Notes under the pieces: generated by a model
Database searches by the model: none
What the model saw: the letters and a program-made list of their open reading frames with translations, nothing else
What the model was told of the DNA's origin: nothing
Shown here: piece after piece, positions 42,601 to 58,159 of the stretch
Position numbering within the stretch: the first letter of the stretch is position 1
Layout of the letters: each line of letters begins with the position of its first letter
Source of the DNA: the human T2T-CHM13v2.0 reference genome, Homo sapiens
Strand: one strand, 5' to 3'
DNA length: 64,000 nucleotides
NCBI RefSeq assembly: GCF_009914755.1
Contig: NC_060925.1
Translations under genes and position numbers: made by a program

Positions 42601-45319
42601 TATAATTACAGATTTATTATTATTATAGATTATTGAGTCATTATAGATCATGATCTATTAGTAGTAGAGAAATAATTGTAGATTAATATTTGAGAGTGCT
42701 CACTCTGTGCCAGAATATCAGGTCCACACCCACACCCACACCCACACACACACATGTACACAAAGTACAAGTGGTTACACACCCATTTATTAGATTATAT
42801 TGGACAAAGAAGACAAGCTTTGGCTGATTCTCAACCTTGCCCAGGGCACAGTGTGTTAGACTCTCAGTTGAAGAAAATAAACAGGGTTCTTTCATCGACA
42901 TCAACAGAAGGCTCTTACTTCAGGAAGGGGATCAGGGGAGGCATGGAAGAATGAACGAGTGAGTGAATGAGATTACAAACACAACATACCTGGGTCCAGA
43001 ATGCAGATGGTTGCTAGAAGCCCCCTTATCTCGGGAGAGTTTCTGACACCTCAGGATCCATTTGGCAGTTGGGATTTAAGATTAGCTCTATACGCAGATG
43101 ACAGGGCAGATTCATTTCCCCAAAGCTCCCCTTTCCAATGCTTATCTTCGGGGTCAGTGAGAGAGAGAGGACTGGGATTCTGGAAACACAGTCAGAATAA
43201 AATGCAGCCATTCCTGAGAGCTCACTGTGTTGAAGCCCTGAGGCTGGCCTTGGGGACACCATTAAAAGACCTATGGAGCTCTCATTCAACCCCACCCCAG
43301 TCCTACCTGGGGGAGGCACAGGTGTAAACATCTAATGAGGCAATAGGAGAACGTCACAGGGGTGTGTGCAATGGCAGCAGATCACAGAAGACAGGCAGGT
43401 TCTTTCTGCTTGGATGGAGAGGGCAGTGAGCAGAGGGAGACAGGGAAAGCTTCTGAAATTTATTCTGAGCTGGGCCTTGACTGGAAGATGAACAGAAAAG
43501 AAAGTGAACAAGAATATTTCAAGTGGAGAAGAGAGCATGAAGAAAAGCAAGCAAGGATGGAAGCACAAGGGGTGATGAGTGATGCTGAGTGGTGGTGGAG
43601 AAAGGTAGAAGGAGAGGATGGGTCTCAAGGTTTGCTAAGGCCACATACCCTCTGATTCTAAAATGCAGCTTGCAAAGGGTCAGGAAACTCCGACTCAAAT
43701 TCAGAGACAGCATCTGCAAGAAATGTCTAGTAAAATTCTCTGCCCTGGAAGGTGGGGCAGGGACAACAGGGCAGCCCCTACTCCCAGGGCTGTCCCAGTC
43801 TTAAAGAATACAGCTATCTGGGGTGAGGGGAATACTGGGAATTCAAAGAAAGGAAATATGGAAATGGAGTTGGTTTCTGCCTTATTCAGACCAACAAGAA
43901 AGGAGAGTCACCCCAAGTTCAGGCCTCAGGTGCCATGACACCCATCCACTGATGCACCTTCTCACAGACAGCACTGTTTGGGGGTGGGAGTACCGGGCAA
44001 ATGAGAGCTCCCAGGTGAGGACCCTTCAGGAGCTCTCCCAGGTGCCGTCCTGCCCCCTGGAGCTTATGAAATGTGCCACACCTCCTGCAACAGGTGCAGG
44101 AAACCGCCAAACAGAGGGTTTAGAAGCAACAGCACTTCCTGGGCCTCCTAAGAACCCAGTCCGCACCCAACAGGGTGGCATCTGTGCTCTCCAGGGGAGG
44201 GAGAAATTGCCTGCAATCATCCTTCCAGGTGTTCTGCCACAAAGACCTCCTTGTGAGACATCCAAAAGGCCAAATCTATAACCTACCTTAAAGGGAAATC
44301 ATGATAAATACAGGCAATACAGCAAATACAAGATGATTTCCTAATAATAAAAAATAATACCGAAAATGCACTGAGTGCTTTCTCTGTGCCAGAGTGTAAG
44401 TGCACACATGCATATGCTCGGACACCAAGTATAAATGCTGATATGCCAGCTTGTTAGGTTATACTGGACAAAGCTTTGACTGTTTCTCAATCTTGCCCAA
44501 GATACGTTCCCACTGGGAATTCTGACTTCTGTATCTTTGTGTGAGGGACATCTGGGGAAAGCCTCCCTTCCTGCAGGATTAAGATTCCTCACCTGTAAGA
44601 TATATTAACTGTTTTCTTAAAAAGTCTCAAGTCTGCCAAATGGAGGACACACAAAGTTTCTCAGAGTAAGTGCTCAGGAGAAGGTGTGGGGGAGTGTCTA
44701 TGCAACAGTGTACACCTGCTTCCCAGTAGCTTATTAGCTCACCCACACCCAGGTCACAGGGAAGGTAGGGGACAGGTGCTCATGGGGCTCCCTGCCCTGC
44801 TTTGCCAGTGCCTTGGGCTCCTTGATCTGCTTCCTCAGGGAATTTCCCATGTCATAAATCTGCACCCTTCCCTCTCCCCACCACCCCATCCATCCTCTGA
44901 GCTGAGCTCTCCATATCCTTGCAGTCTAGCTTCGGGGTCTCTGAGCCCCCCAGGTGTGTTCTGAACTGCATTCTCTGATCAGAACTCAGCTCTCTGAGCA
45001 CCTGGGCTCGACTCATTGCCTTTGGCTCCTCCTGCATATCCCAGCACCACTTTGGAATGGGCTGGGTGGGACAGAGAGCAAGGGAAAGAGGAAATAAAAA
45101 ACAGAGAAAGAAGAAAAGAGAGACAAATAATGAAAGCACAAAAGAGCAGCAAAGAGAAGGGGAGAGAAGAGGAAGAGGAAAAACGCTCAGGCAGTCAAAA
45201 GATGAAGAGTCAGGGACAGAAAGTAAGGCCACAGGAGAGTCAGCTGGGAGACCCAGCAGGGTGTTAGGGAGAGGACTAATTGTCAGAGGCAACTGCAAAA
45301 ATCTGCACTTGTCCTAGGC

Positions 45320-45520
45320 TAGTGGTCATCAAACTTGAGTGTAAATAAAAATCACATGCTCGTGAAAATACAGATTTCTAGTCCATGTTCCAGGGTTCTG
45401 ATTCTTTAGGCATGTGCGGGGTCCTATAAATCTGTACTTTTTAAAAATAACCAGCCCAGGAGCTTCTGGGGGAGGTTTTGGGAAATACTGATGTCCATTC
45501 TCAGGAGGGCACTTTGTGGC
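45320..45520. mobile_element. MER5-like hAT MITE
   Basis: tagtggtcatcaaacttgagtg...aaaatacagatttct...ttctgattc. Confidence 0.65.
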
Positions 45521-45920
45521 ACACGAAACTCTGAGGAAATTCTCCTCAGAATTTGATATCTCCTCAGAATTTGATATTTTAAATGCTCGAGTTTGGAACT
45601 CAACTGTCTTGGACTATGCAAGCAACAGGTGGGCTCCAGGAGTGGCCCGATTCTGCTCTCCAGGTAACTGCCTGAATCTGGGAGGATGGCAGGTGCTCTC
45701 TGATGGACAAGTCTCTCCTCTGGGATGTAGACAGTTAGAATAGAGGGTCTCCAAGGACCTTTTCATCTAGAAGAAACCCACCAGTCTCCTGAAATGTGAT
45801 GCCCATCTTGATCTAACTAGATAGACACTTATATTCTGAGGTCAAAACTTGACCAAATGTTCATTCTCCAGCCATAGGTGTTAGACAATACAAGTGCCTT
45901 TTTAAAAAAAGAAATATTAA

Positions 45921-46275
<355 letters not shown>

Positions 46276-46524
46276 GTAAGAACTGATTTTGTTTTTATGA
46301 CCTCCTTTAAATTGAAGTTAATGCCAACAGGCTTAATTATATGTATAGTATTTTACAATTTTCCTCAAGTATTTCTAATTCCTTACAAGGATGACTATTT
46401 TGTATTTTAAAGTATTTTTTTAAGAGAAGATGACCAAGTGTGTGTTATAGCTTGGTTATCTTATGGGCTGGTGAGTGTAGTGTGTTTGATATAAATAAGT
46501 TAACTCTTAGAATGCCAAGGTTTT

Positions 46525-46870
46525 TTTAAAACTTTTATTTTAAAATAAAAAGAGTACAAATGCTGGTGTGCTACATAGGGAAACTTGTGTCATAGGGGTT
46601 TGTTGTGCAGCTTTTTCATCACCCAGGTATTAAGTCTAGTACCCTTTAGGTATTTTTCTTGATCCTCTCCCTCCTCCTACCCTTCACCCTCCAAAAGTCC
46701 CCAGTGTCTTTCTTCCCCCTTATGTGTCCATGTGTTCTCACCATTTGGCTCCCACTTATAAGTGAGAACATGCAGTATTTGGTTTTCTGTTCCTATGTCA
46801 GTTTGCTAAGGATAATGGCCTCCAGCTCCATCCATGTTCCTGCAAAGGACATGATCTCATTCCTTTTCAT
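46525..46870 (-). mobile_element. 5'-truncated older L1PA 3' end
   Basis: cccacttataagtgagaacatgcagtatttggttttctgttcc. Perfect 15-bp TSD gaatgccaaggtttt (46510-46524 / 46871-46885). Confidence 0.92.
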
Positions 46871-47410
46871 GAATGCCAAGGTTTTCATTCCATCATCTTC
46901 TGACAGATACCTTCTAAATTATGATGCTAACATTTCTGCCTTGGGAAAGGGGACTTACTAGATTAACTCCTCTGCCTTATTTGTAAAGCCCAACATTAAC
47001 CCTATAATAGCTCATTTCTCTTCTGCAGCATCACTTCCAGCTGCCCCATGAATAAATCTTCCACTTCATTTATTCTTCCCTCTGTACCTTTGCCATTGGA
47101 CCTTCAATCTTCTGGAATGCCCTCCTTGATGTTCAGCCCACCTAAAACTCCCTGTCCATCAAAAGTCCCAAGAGCCAATAACATCTCTCTAATCTCTAGG
47201 TCCCATACACAGCCCTTAGTAAGCATTCAGCAAATATTTGCTGAATGAATGAATAATTCTCTGTTCCCCACACACACACAGGTTGGATTTTCCTTCTTAT
47301 AATTAGAAACCCCTTTTACTAATATTTTATCTCTCATACTACATTTTTTTCAATGAATTATTATACCCATGTCACCTCGTAACTTGAAAAAAAACAAAAG
47401 GAAACAAAAT

Positions 47411-47825
<415 letters not shown>

Positions 47826-48337
47826 TCACCTATAATCTCCATCTACTCTGCATGCCCAATCCTTTCTCCCAGTAGTTCCCAACACATTTGGTCTGCCACT
47901 TCTACACTGACTCTTCAACCCTTCATGTGTCACCCTTAGTGCTCCCTCTTTGCTTTGCTCACACCAGTCACCCATATCCAAAGTACCCTTTTACCTCCCT
48001 CACACCTCTTTAAATCCCACTCAGCAAAAAAGGTTGATGATGCATCCCATCATTTCCATAAGGTTCACCCTCACTGCTATAATTCACATTGAGCTCCCCC
48101 TTCTCCAAATTCTTACAGCATAAACACTGTGTCACATAATTTTCTGTATCCTATATTGTGGCGCTTAATTTATACCTAATTTTCATATATTGGTTTTTAT
48201 ATCTGTTAGTCTTTTTCCTACAAATGGATTATATAGTTTGAAGGAAACATCTGGGTATAGAACAAGCTGTGTGTCTGCTTCACCCAGAGCCCCCTTTTAA
48301 AAGGAATTAGACCAAATGAGCAGCCACACTGTGTTCC

Positions 48338-48738
48338 TGTATTTGTTCACTGGGGCTGCCATAACAAAATGCCACAGACTACAGGGCTTAAACAATAGAA
48401 ATGTATTTCTCACAGCTCTGGAGGCTGGAAGTCCAAGATCAAGGTGTCAGCAGGCCTGGTTTCTCCTGAGGTCTCTGTGCTTGGCTTGCAGATGGCCATT
48501 GCCTTGCTGTGTTCTCACACTGTCTTTCCTCTGTGTACCCTGCTATCTCTTTTTGCATCCACATTTTCTCTTCTTATAAGGACACCAGGCAGAATGGATT
48601 AGGACCCATGCTCACAACCTCACTTTAACCTTATCACATTTTTCAAGGCCATATCTCCAGATACAGTCACATTCTGAAGTACTGGGATTTAGGGCTCCAG
48701 CATATAAATTTTGACAGGATACAATTGAGCCCAAAACA
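48338..48738 (-). mobile_element. MaLR solo LTR (MLT1B-like)
   Basis: gggctgccataacaaaatgccacagact...ctggaggctggaagtccaagatcaaggtgtc...cttataaggacacc...acagtcacattctg. Confidence 0.9.
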
Positions 48739-49186
48739 GCTTCAATCATCTCTATCATAGATTAGAATGGAGCAGATGCCTGATCCATAGGCATGAGTTA
48801 GCTATTAGCCCAATCCATCGGTTAGCTAGAAGTTCATCAAGTGGCTTAATATGAAAACTCTGTCCAGTGGGGGACCATAGTAAATACGTAGGAGAAACAA
48901 ATTCTTTCCTGAGAACTTGAAGTGGAAAATATGCCTGCTGGCCACAGGAGAAAAAGCTGAAATATGAATGCTGTATATTCTTAGTCTCTTCCCTCCCATT
49001 TGTACCATACCCTGATATTTAGCACAGTATTTGATATATACTCTGAGTCTGGCTTTGGCATAGATTCATTCTACCAGCAGTGTTACATTTTCAAGAACTT
49101 TTTTTCTTCAGGCAATATCTGGCATTCGGTCTCATTCCCTCAACACCTAATTCCTCACTTCTAGTTTACTAAAAATGAAGGATTTT

Positions 49187-49465
49187 GGCTGGGCATGGTG
49201 GCTCACACCTGTAATCCCAGTACTTTGGGAGGCCAAGGCAGGCAGATTGCTTGAGCTCAGGAGTTCGAGACCACCGTGGGCAATATGGCAAAATCCCATT
49301 TCTACCAAAAAATACAAAAATTCAGTATGGTGACATGCACCTGTGGTCCCAACTACTTGGGAGGCTGAGGTGTGAGGATCACCTGAGCCTGGGAGGTTGA
49401 GGCTACAGTGAGCCAAGATTGCACCACTGCACTCCAGCCTGGGTGACAGAGTAAGACCCTGTCTC
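49187..49465 (+). mobile_element. Alu (AluJb-like)
   Basis: Full dimer whose tail is replaced by a long purine tract. Residual TSD core gaaggat (49177-49183 / 49891-49897). Confidence 0.95.
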
Positions 49466-49469
49466 AAAA

Positions 49470-49503
<34 letters not shown>

Positions 49504-49896
49504 GAGGAGGAGAAGGAAGGAAGGAAGGAAGGAGAGAGAGAGGGAAGGAAGGAAGAAAGGAAGAGAGAGGGAGAAAGAAAGAGAGAGAGAAAGGAAGGAA
49601 GGAAGGAGAAGAGGAGGAAGGAAGGAAGGAGAGAGGGAAGGAAGGAAGGAAGGAAAAGAGAAAGAAAGAGAGATGAAGGAAGGAAGGAAGGAAAAGAGAA
49701 AGAAAGAGAGAGGAAGGAAGGAAAGGAAGGAAGGAGAAGAGGAGGAGGAAGGAAGGAGAAGAGGAGGAGGAAGGAAGGAAAGGAAGGAAGGAGAAGAGGA
49801 GGAGGAAGGAAGGAAGGAGAGAGAGAGGGAAGGAAGGAACGAAGGAAGGAAGGAAGGGGGAGGGAGGGAGGGGAGGAAGAGGAGGAGGAGGAAGGA
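49466..49896. repeat. ~430-bp complex GA-rich microsatellite (GAAA/GA/GGAA/GGA)
   Basis: Almost pure purine on the + strand; I see only two pyrimidines. Confidence 0.97.
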
Positions 49897-50009
49897 TCTC
49901 TCACATCTACCTTCAAAAATGTCTTCTATTTGGAGGCACTGGAAATAACAAGAATAACTGTAGAAAAAACATTCATATGTTCCTGTGAGATGCAAACTAT
50001 ATTCAATGT

Positions 50010-50290
50010 TCCAGTCCCTATTGCTGTCATACAAACTACTCAACACTTAAGACAAAAACAAACCAATTTTTTTTTTTTACTATACCCACATAATATGTGG
50101 GTCAGGAATTCAGAAAAGGACAGCTTATCTTTGTGGTACAATCTGAGCTGTCAGCTGGGAAGACTTGAAGCCTGGGGGTGACTTGACAACAGGAGATTGG
50201 AATCTTCCGAAGACTCACTCACATGTCTGGTGGTCAATACTGACTGTTGGCTGGGTCTTCAGCTGGGGCAATCAACTGGAACACCAGTTA
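50010..50290 (-). mobile_element. Partial MaLR LTR (MLT1F/G-like)
   Basis: ctattgctg..., gtgggtcaggaattcag, cactcacatgtctggtgg...ctgttggctggg. Confidence 0.7.
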
Positions 50291-51010
50291 TAGCTGAGTG
50301 GTTTTCTCAACCAGCTCCCTGTCTATAGTAATAAAGGGGGAGTCCAAAGGTCTCAGACTTTCATTTGTACTGTTTCTGTTCCTTTCTGTGCAAGTTAATA
50401 TGATTCTTTTAAAAACTTTGTGAACTATTGGCATATTAACTTATAATTTATCCCATTAGACAAACAGCCACAGCTGCAAATCTCTCTGAGCTAAGTCTTT
50501 CTCCACCTTGGGCTCCCTGTAAGGCTGTTATGGAACAGTGACCTTAAGATTCCTATAAGTCCTATTTTTAAATAGAGAGGGAGGCAAGCTCCCAATTGCC
50601 TCTCTGTAGTGAAAACAGAGTGAATCCTGGAGGAACAATGAGGCAGGGAAGCTGAACCTGGCATTTTCATTCAAAGTCAAAAGCTACAAGGAGGGTTGCA
50701 AGTGGTGCCTCTACTGGCAGAAGTCAAAGTCAAGCCCTCTCTGGAGGAAGGGTCACCAAGTCAGACCCATAGGACTCACATCTCTTTAAGCTCAAGTGAT
50801 GAACCAGTGAAGATGACCAAGCACACAAGAAGTCAAACCACTAGTGACAACAGATTTAGACACCCAAGAATTGCAAATTACGGAATTGTCAGATTTTAAA
50901 AAAATAATTGTTATGAATGAAATCTTAAATGAAATAAAATATTTGCTGCAATAGCAAAAATGAGCATACAAGAAACCACCAGCAGTGAACAATCTTAAAA
51001 TACTACTCCA

Positions 51011-51350
<340 letters not shown>

Positions 51351-51637
51351 TTATTAACTTTAAAAAGGAGTGAATAAAAGGTATCTCCAAATGGAGAAAT
51401 CTGGTGGAACCGACCTCACTATGTGATCAAAGTGAACATCAGTGTTGTAACTCTGTGCTATGTTGTGCCTGCTGTGGTGATGCATGGAGAGGGGCACAGT
51501 GTCATATATGCAGTATTCCTGCCCCAAATGTTTAATTGGAATCCAAGAATGAGGAAACACTTCGATTAATCTATATTGAGGGACATTTTACAAAACAGTT
51601 CAAGAGTGGCTTGAACTCTTCAAAAATGTCAAGGTGA

Positions 51638-52292
<655 letters not shown>

Positions 52293-53745
52293 TTGTTCTA
52301 GATTTGTAAAAACTAAACAAATAGAACAGCTAATGGAATGAATGATTATTGATTCTATCCTGGATTGAAAAATAAGAAAAAACATTTTTAAAAATATTAC
52401 TGTTGGAACAATTGGGAGACATCAGAATTTGGCCTATACATCAAATAATATTATGTTTTCAATGTTAGATTTCCTGAATGTGATACTTGTATTGTTGCTA
52501 TGTTGGAGAATGTCCTTGTTCTTAGAAGACATGTGTTAAGATATTTAGGTAACAGTAATTGAATTCTCTGTGAAATGAATTCTTAAATGGCTTATCAAAA
52601 AAATATTTGTGTGAACATGCAAGTGTGTGGAGAGAAAGAGAAAAAGCAAATGTGGTAAAATGTTAACAATTAGTAAATCTAGATAAAGGGTAAATGAACA
52701 TCATTGTGCTATTCTTGTAACTTTTCTGTAGGTCTGAATTTTTTTAAAGAAAGAAAAGTTTGGGGAAATATTAACCACTACAAAGCAAAAGTAGAGTGTA
52801 TCCAGTTAACTATTAGTATCAACACTCCCACAGATATGTTGGGGCCATTCCTTTCTGCAGGCCAAGGCGGAGCTCAGCCACTCCAGACAAGGCACATGGA
52901 GATGAGGTCACTTTGCCAAGGTCACAAACACCATCACTACATTGCCAGAACTTCCCTACCCGCATGAAAATATCTCCTTGACCTTGGCTGAATTGGAAAA
53001 TTTATATAAAGGATTCTGCTCCCTTTTATATCATTAACTAATCTGTTGTACAGATTAAAAGATTAGAACACACAAAAACATAAAACGAAATAAATTTAGG
53101 CATGCTAGAGTGGAGAGATTCAAGTTGATGCTCTCTGGCATTTTTCTTTCATTCCTTTGATGTTGTTTTAAAACTGTTTGGCCAGAGAGAAGGAGAGAGG
53201 GCAAGAAAAGAAATTAGTGCTGCTATGAATAACTGCAATCAACCACCAATTTAGGGAGTCACTGGAGTAGAACACTTCTCAGATGTCAGTGTTTCTCAGC
53301 TACACATTGTCCTTTCCTTCGATTATCACTGGCATGTCACCATATTCTGCAAATCTCAGCACCACTGCACCTCTGGCCCACTGGTCACTCATGCTTAAAA
53401 GCATGCGGCTGGGGGAGTAGACTGGGGGGACGGCCTCAGCCAGACCACTGTGGAGCCAAAAGAGTGCGTAGGGCTCTGTAGTTCTACTGGCTCAAAAGAA
53501 TTATCTGTACTTGCATGGCCTTGAGGAGAGACAGGACTGTTGGAGACAGATAAGATTATTTTCTTTTTCCCTCTCTCCAGTGAACCAAACACAATTCCCA
53601 TTCTGGCTTCCCAGACTCAGGGCTCATGTTTGAGCTTTTCTTTTCTCACTTCTCTTGGTCAGAGGTGATCACTTTTGCAGCTCATGACACATGTGTGATT
53701 TTATGTACAATACCTTAAATAGCACTTTTAGAAAATCTGTTTTCT

Positions 53746-54278
<533 letters not shown>

Positions 54279-55431
54279 CTAAAATGGCTTGTTCTGGAGG
54301 AGATACTGACTGTCCCAAGAAACAAAGCCTGCTACGTGCTGAGATTTTGTAACTCCAAGTTCTTCTCAGAAGCAACTTGTAGACTGCATAGGGTTGCATG
54401 GACTATTGTCAGGACTCCCCTTTCAGGAAAACCATATTGCAGGGAGGACTGTGGGATGGTGAGTGTTAATGAAGGGCCTAGAAAGCTGAACTGGTAGAGA
54501 GATTCGTGACTGATAAGAGATGATGGGGTTTTGTGCGTTAACACAGAGATACTACGGTACTTCTCTTTCTGCTTCTGTCTCCGGGAGATAAGTTAGGCAC
54601 AAAAATGACCCAAAAAAGCATTCTACTCATCTCTTCCCACCTCTTCCCTGCACAATCATCCCTCTGGTAGCACAGGAGCTAAAACCAAGTCACAGCTACC
54701 ACAATAAAGGGACTTAAGCACTCAGTGAATGCGTAGCCGAACTCTGGCTAAGGTTAACTTGTTTCCATTCACTAAGTCAGATTAAGAAGAAAAATAAATC
54801 AAAGTTATCCTTATAATCACATATTAATTCTAAAAATAATTGTATTTTCACCCCCTACAGCGTGCTAGGTAGGTTTGGAGATGCAAAAATAAATAGCCCA
54901 CAGCCCCTTCTCTCAGGTCGCTTGTCGTAGAATAGAGATGAGCCTTCCTGAAACCAGGGTAGTAGAACCACTAGAAAAGGAGAAAAAGACAATCTGGAAA
55001 GACAGGATAAATCATGAGGCAGCATCCAGCAAACATGGGAAGAGAGAGGGTCTGTACCCAGGGACTGGAAAAGGGACATCTCTTCCACAGAGACACAAGG
55101 GAAAGAGGAGATAGTAGATCATTTTCACAGTGCAACAAGGTCACCACCATTATAACTCTTAGTTTGTAATGAAACTAGTTTGAGCCATGATGGATTTATC
55201 ACCAGCAATGTCCCCAAAAGTTTCTAAAATCGATGGCTTACATTAAAGAAAAAAGAAAGAAAAATAATTTAGAATCATTAGATGAAGGATTTGTAGGGCA
55301 AGCACTTAATTATAGCTAAGTGTAATTTCCTTAAGCAAGTCATCCTCTATTAGTTATATTATTACACATATTATTCTTAAGTCTGGTGATTAATACTGAC
55401 TTTAACATTTTTAATAAAAGTTTCAGAATTA

Positions 55432-55862
55432 TTTATGTTAAGTGAAATAAGCCAGGTACAGAAAGACAAATGCTACATGATCTCACCTATATGTAGAACC
55501 TAAAAAAGTTGAACTCAAAGGAGCAGAGGGTAAAATGGTGGTTACCAGAGGTAGGGGGCTGTGGAATTGGGGAGATGTTGGCCAAGGGATACAGAATTTC
55601 AGTTAGATAGAAGAAATAAGTTCAAGAGATCTACTGGGCACCATGGTGACTATAGTTAAAAACAATATAGTATATACGGGAAAGTTGCTAATAGAGTAGA
55701 TTTTAAGTGTTTTCAACACAAAACAATAAGTATGTGAGGTGATGGATATGTTAAATAGCTTGACTGAACCATTTCACAATGCGTACATATATCAAAACGT
55801 CATGTATTACCCCAAAAATATATGGATGCCATTTTTATTTGTCAATTAAGAAATAAATAAAA
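55432..55862 (+). mobile_element. L1MA-like 3' end
   Basis: atgttaagtgaaataagccagg...aggtgatggatatgttaaatagcttga...tttttatttgtcaatta. Degenerate TSD aaagtttcagaatt / aaaatttcaatatt. Confidence 0.88.
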
Positions 55863-57139
55863 ATTTCAATATTTTTTTTAAAACTAACTGTTTATATAAG
55901 AATATAAGGCAACAAGTTAGTTATTCCCAAAATATAAACATAAAGATAAAATCTGGAGAATAAGGAAACAAAATCATCTAGGTCAAACGGCTTCTGTGAT
56001 GACCTATACTAAGTGTAATCACAATTCAGTGAGCCTGATCTTCTCTCAGGCCTAAGTTGTACATTGATCCTGAGTCCAATCCTGGAGTCAGAAGTTGATG
56101 GCATTAGTTTCAACTCTTCTTTTTTATTTCAATTCTCTTAAAAATATGTTCTTATTTTGTCTTTCTTTACTACATAAAAAATTTGTAACAAGCTAGGTCT
56201 TATGCAATTATAGATATTTTCATAAATCTCTTTTAGTTAGGATCCTGATATCTAGACAATGAGAGTATCTTTTCAATAAACTGAAATGCCTGTAATATCA
56301 AAATATATTAAATATGACAGTTTTTTTAGCTTATTCTTTTTGTCTTACTTTGCTTTTCAAAAAAAGCAAAACTCAGCAAACTTACCTTAGACTATGAATG
56401 AGGACAACTCTAAAATGACCTAAGGTGACTACTAATACCACTTGTTGGTGGGGGCAGAGTTAATATGCTTTAGCTTTGGGGCATAGCTTTGTCATCTGAG
56501 AAAATTATAAGTTGAAAGGTCATTAAGTAAAGGATGTTCTATACTAAAATAAGAAGCTGAAAAATACATATTTCTCTTTAAAAATATATTTATTCTGTGT
56601 ATCATCAGTTCCCAGAGGAATGCTTGGCAAATAAATAGATGTACAATTAATGGGTATTGTTGAATGAGCAAAGGCCGAGGACTTTGGTAAACGCTCTACA
56701 TATATTTTCTCTGACACCTACAACAAACAAAAAAAATGGGTAGTATGATTTTCTACACTCTAGAGATAAGGAAACCAAAATTAAGACTGATTAAACATTG
56801 TTCATGTGGCCATCCGATTCTAAAGCCCTCCTTTTCTGTAACTCAAGGTCTGGAATTCATTTGAGGAATCATGCTGAGTACAGGAGATAGGTCAGATAGC
56901 AGAGGGCTCTGGGCTGGAACTCTCCTGGAGTGAAACTCCAGGGCTGCTGTGAGTTCACGGAATGAAGCTGAAGCACAAGACGCCACATCTTAGTGCAGTG
57001 AGAGGAAGAACACAAATCTGCAGGCTAATCTGAGAAGAGATCTGGAAGGACTGCCAGGAGGGAAGGAATCCAGCCAAGATTCGTTTACCTCTGGACCAAG
57101 AAGGCGCAGCCTCCTTTCTTTGCTTTCCATAGTTTTCAT

Positions 57140-57287
57140 TATTTCTTTTCTTTTTTCTTTCTTTCTTGTTTCTTTCTTTTTCTTTCTCTCTTTCTTTCTT
57201 TTTCTTTCTTTCCTTCCTTCCTTCTTCTTCCTTCTTCTTCTTCTCCTTCTTTCTTCTTCTTCTTCTCCTTCTCCTTCTCCTTCTTCT

Positions 57288-57326
<39 letters not shown>

Positions 57327-57330
57327 CTTC
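57140..57330. repeat. CT-rich complex microsatellite (Alu tail derivative)
   Basis: (CTTT)/(CTT)/(CT)n mixture directly abutting the 3' end of an antisense Alu. Confidence 0.92.
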
Positions 57331-57609
57331 CAACAAGATCTGGCTGTATCACCCAGTGCAGTGGCACCATCTCAGCACACTGTAGCCTGGACCTCCCTGG
57401 CTCCTCCCACCTCAAGCTCCCAAGTAGCAGGGACAACAGGAACACAACACCATGCCTGGCTAATATATATATATAATATATATATATTTTGTAGAGACAG
57501 GGTTTCGCCATGTTGCCCAAGCTGGTCTTGAACTTGTGAGCTCAATTGAGCCACCTGCCTCAGCCTCCCAAAGTGCTGGGATTACAGGTGTGAGCCACCC
57601 TGCCCAGCC
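57331..57609 (-). mobile_element. Alu (AluJ-like) with (AT)n linker
   Basis: Antisense Alu with (AT)n at ~57463-57487. Confidence 0.92.
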
Positions 57610-58159
57610 TTTGTATTTCCTCATTAATTTCTCTTAATTTTTCTGATTATAAAAGGAATAAATTCTCAATTAAAACAAAACTCAGGCAACTCAGAAAGGT
57701 ACTTTTAAAATATAAAATTTTCTAATCCCACCACATAGAGTTAACGCTGTGCTATATATCCTTCCAGATTTTTTTTCTGTGTGTGATTATATCTGATCTT
57801 TCTTAAATGCACAGAGCAGGGCCCCTTTTGAAAGCCCAAGGATGCACCTCCACAGACCTGCCTCCATTTGCCCTAACAGCACAACAAAAGTTCAAACCTG
57901 TTGCCTGATGCTTGCAGCCTCGTTTATTTGTAAATTGAGAATAAGATCACCACCATCTGTCACCCCTACTTTATTAAAAGTTAGGCATTTGTATTTAAAA
58001 TAAAATTACCTATATCCTTGGACTTTGGAGGATATTCTCTATTTCAAAATTAAAGTGCACAACTCTTACTACAGTCCTCCCCTGCTGGCATCTGCATAGA
58101 AATTATAAAAAGTAAAGCTGCAAAATGAGTATTTATACTTATTTTGAAATCCTATTTCA

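Noticed and set aside
49147-50046. Longest ORF in the track (299 aa) and overlapping ORFs
   Set aside because: Read-through of a CT-rich microsatellite and an antisense Alu; low complexity simply lacks stop codons.
56990-57554. Cluster of 60-176-aa ORFs
   Set aside because: Alu plus CT-rich repeat; no protein-like content.
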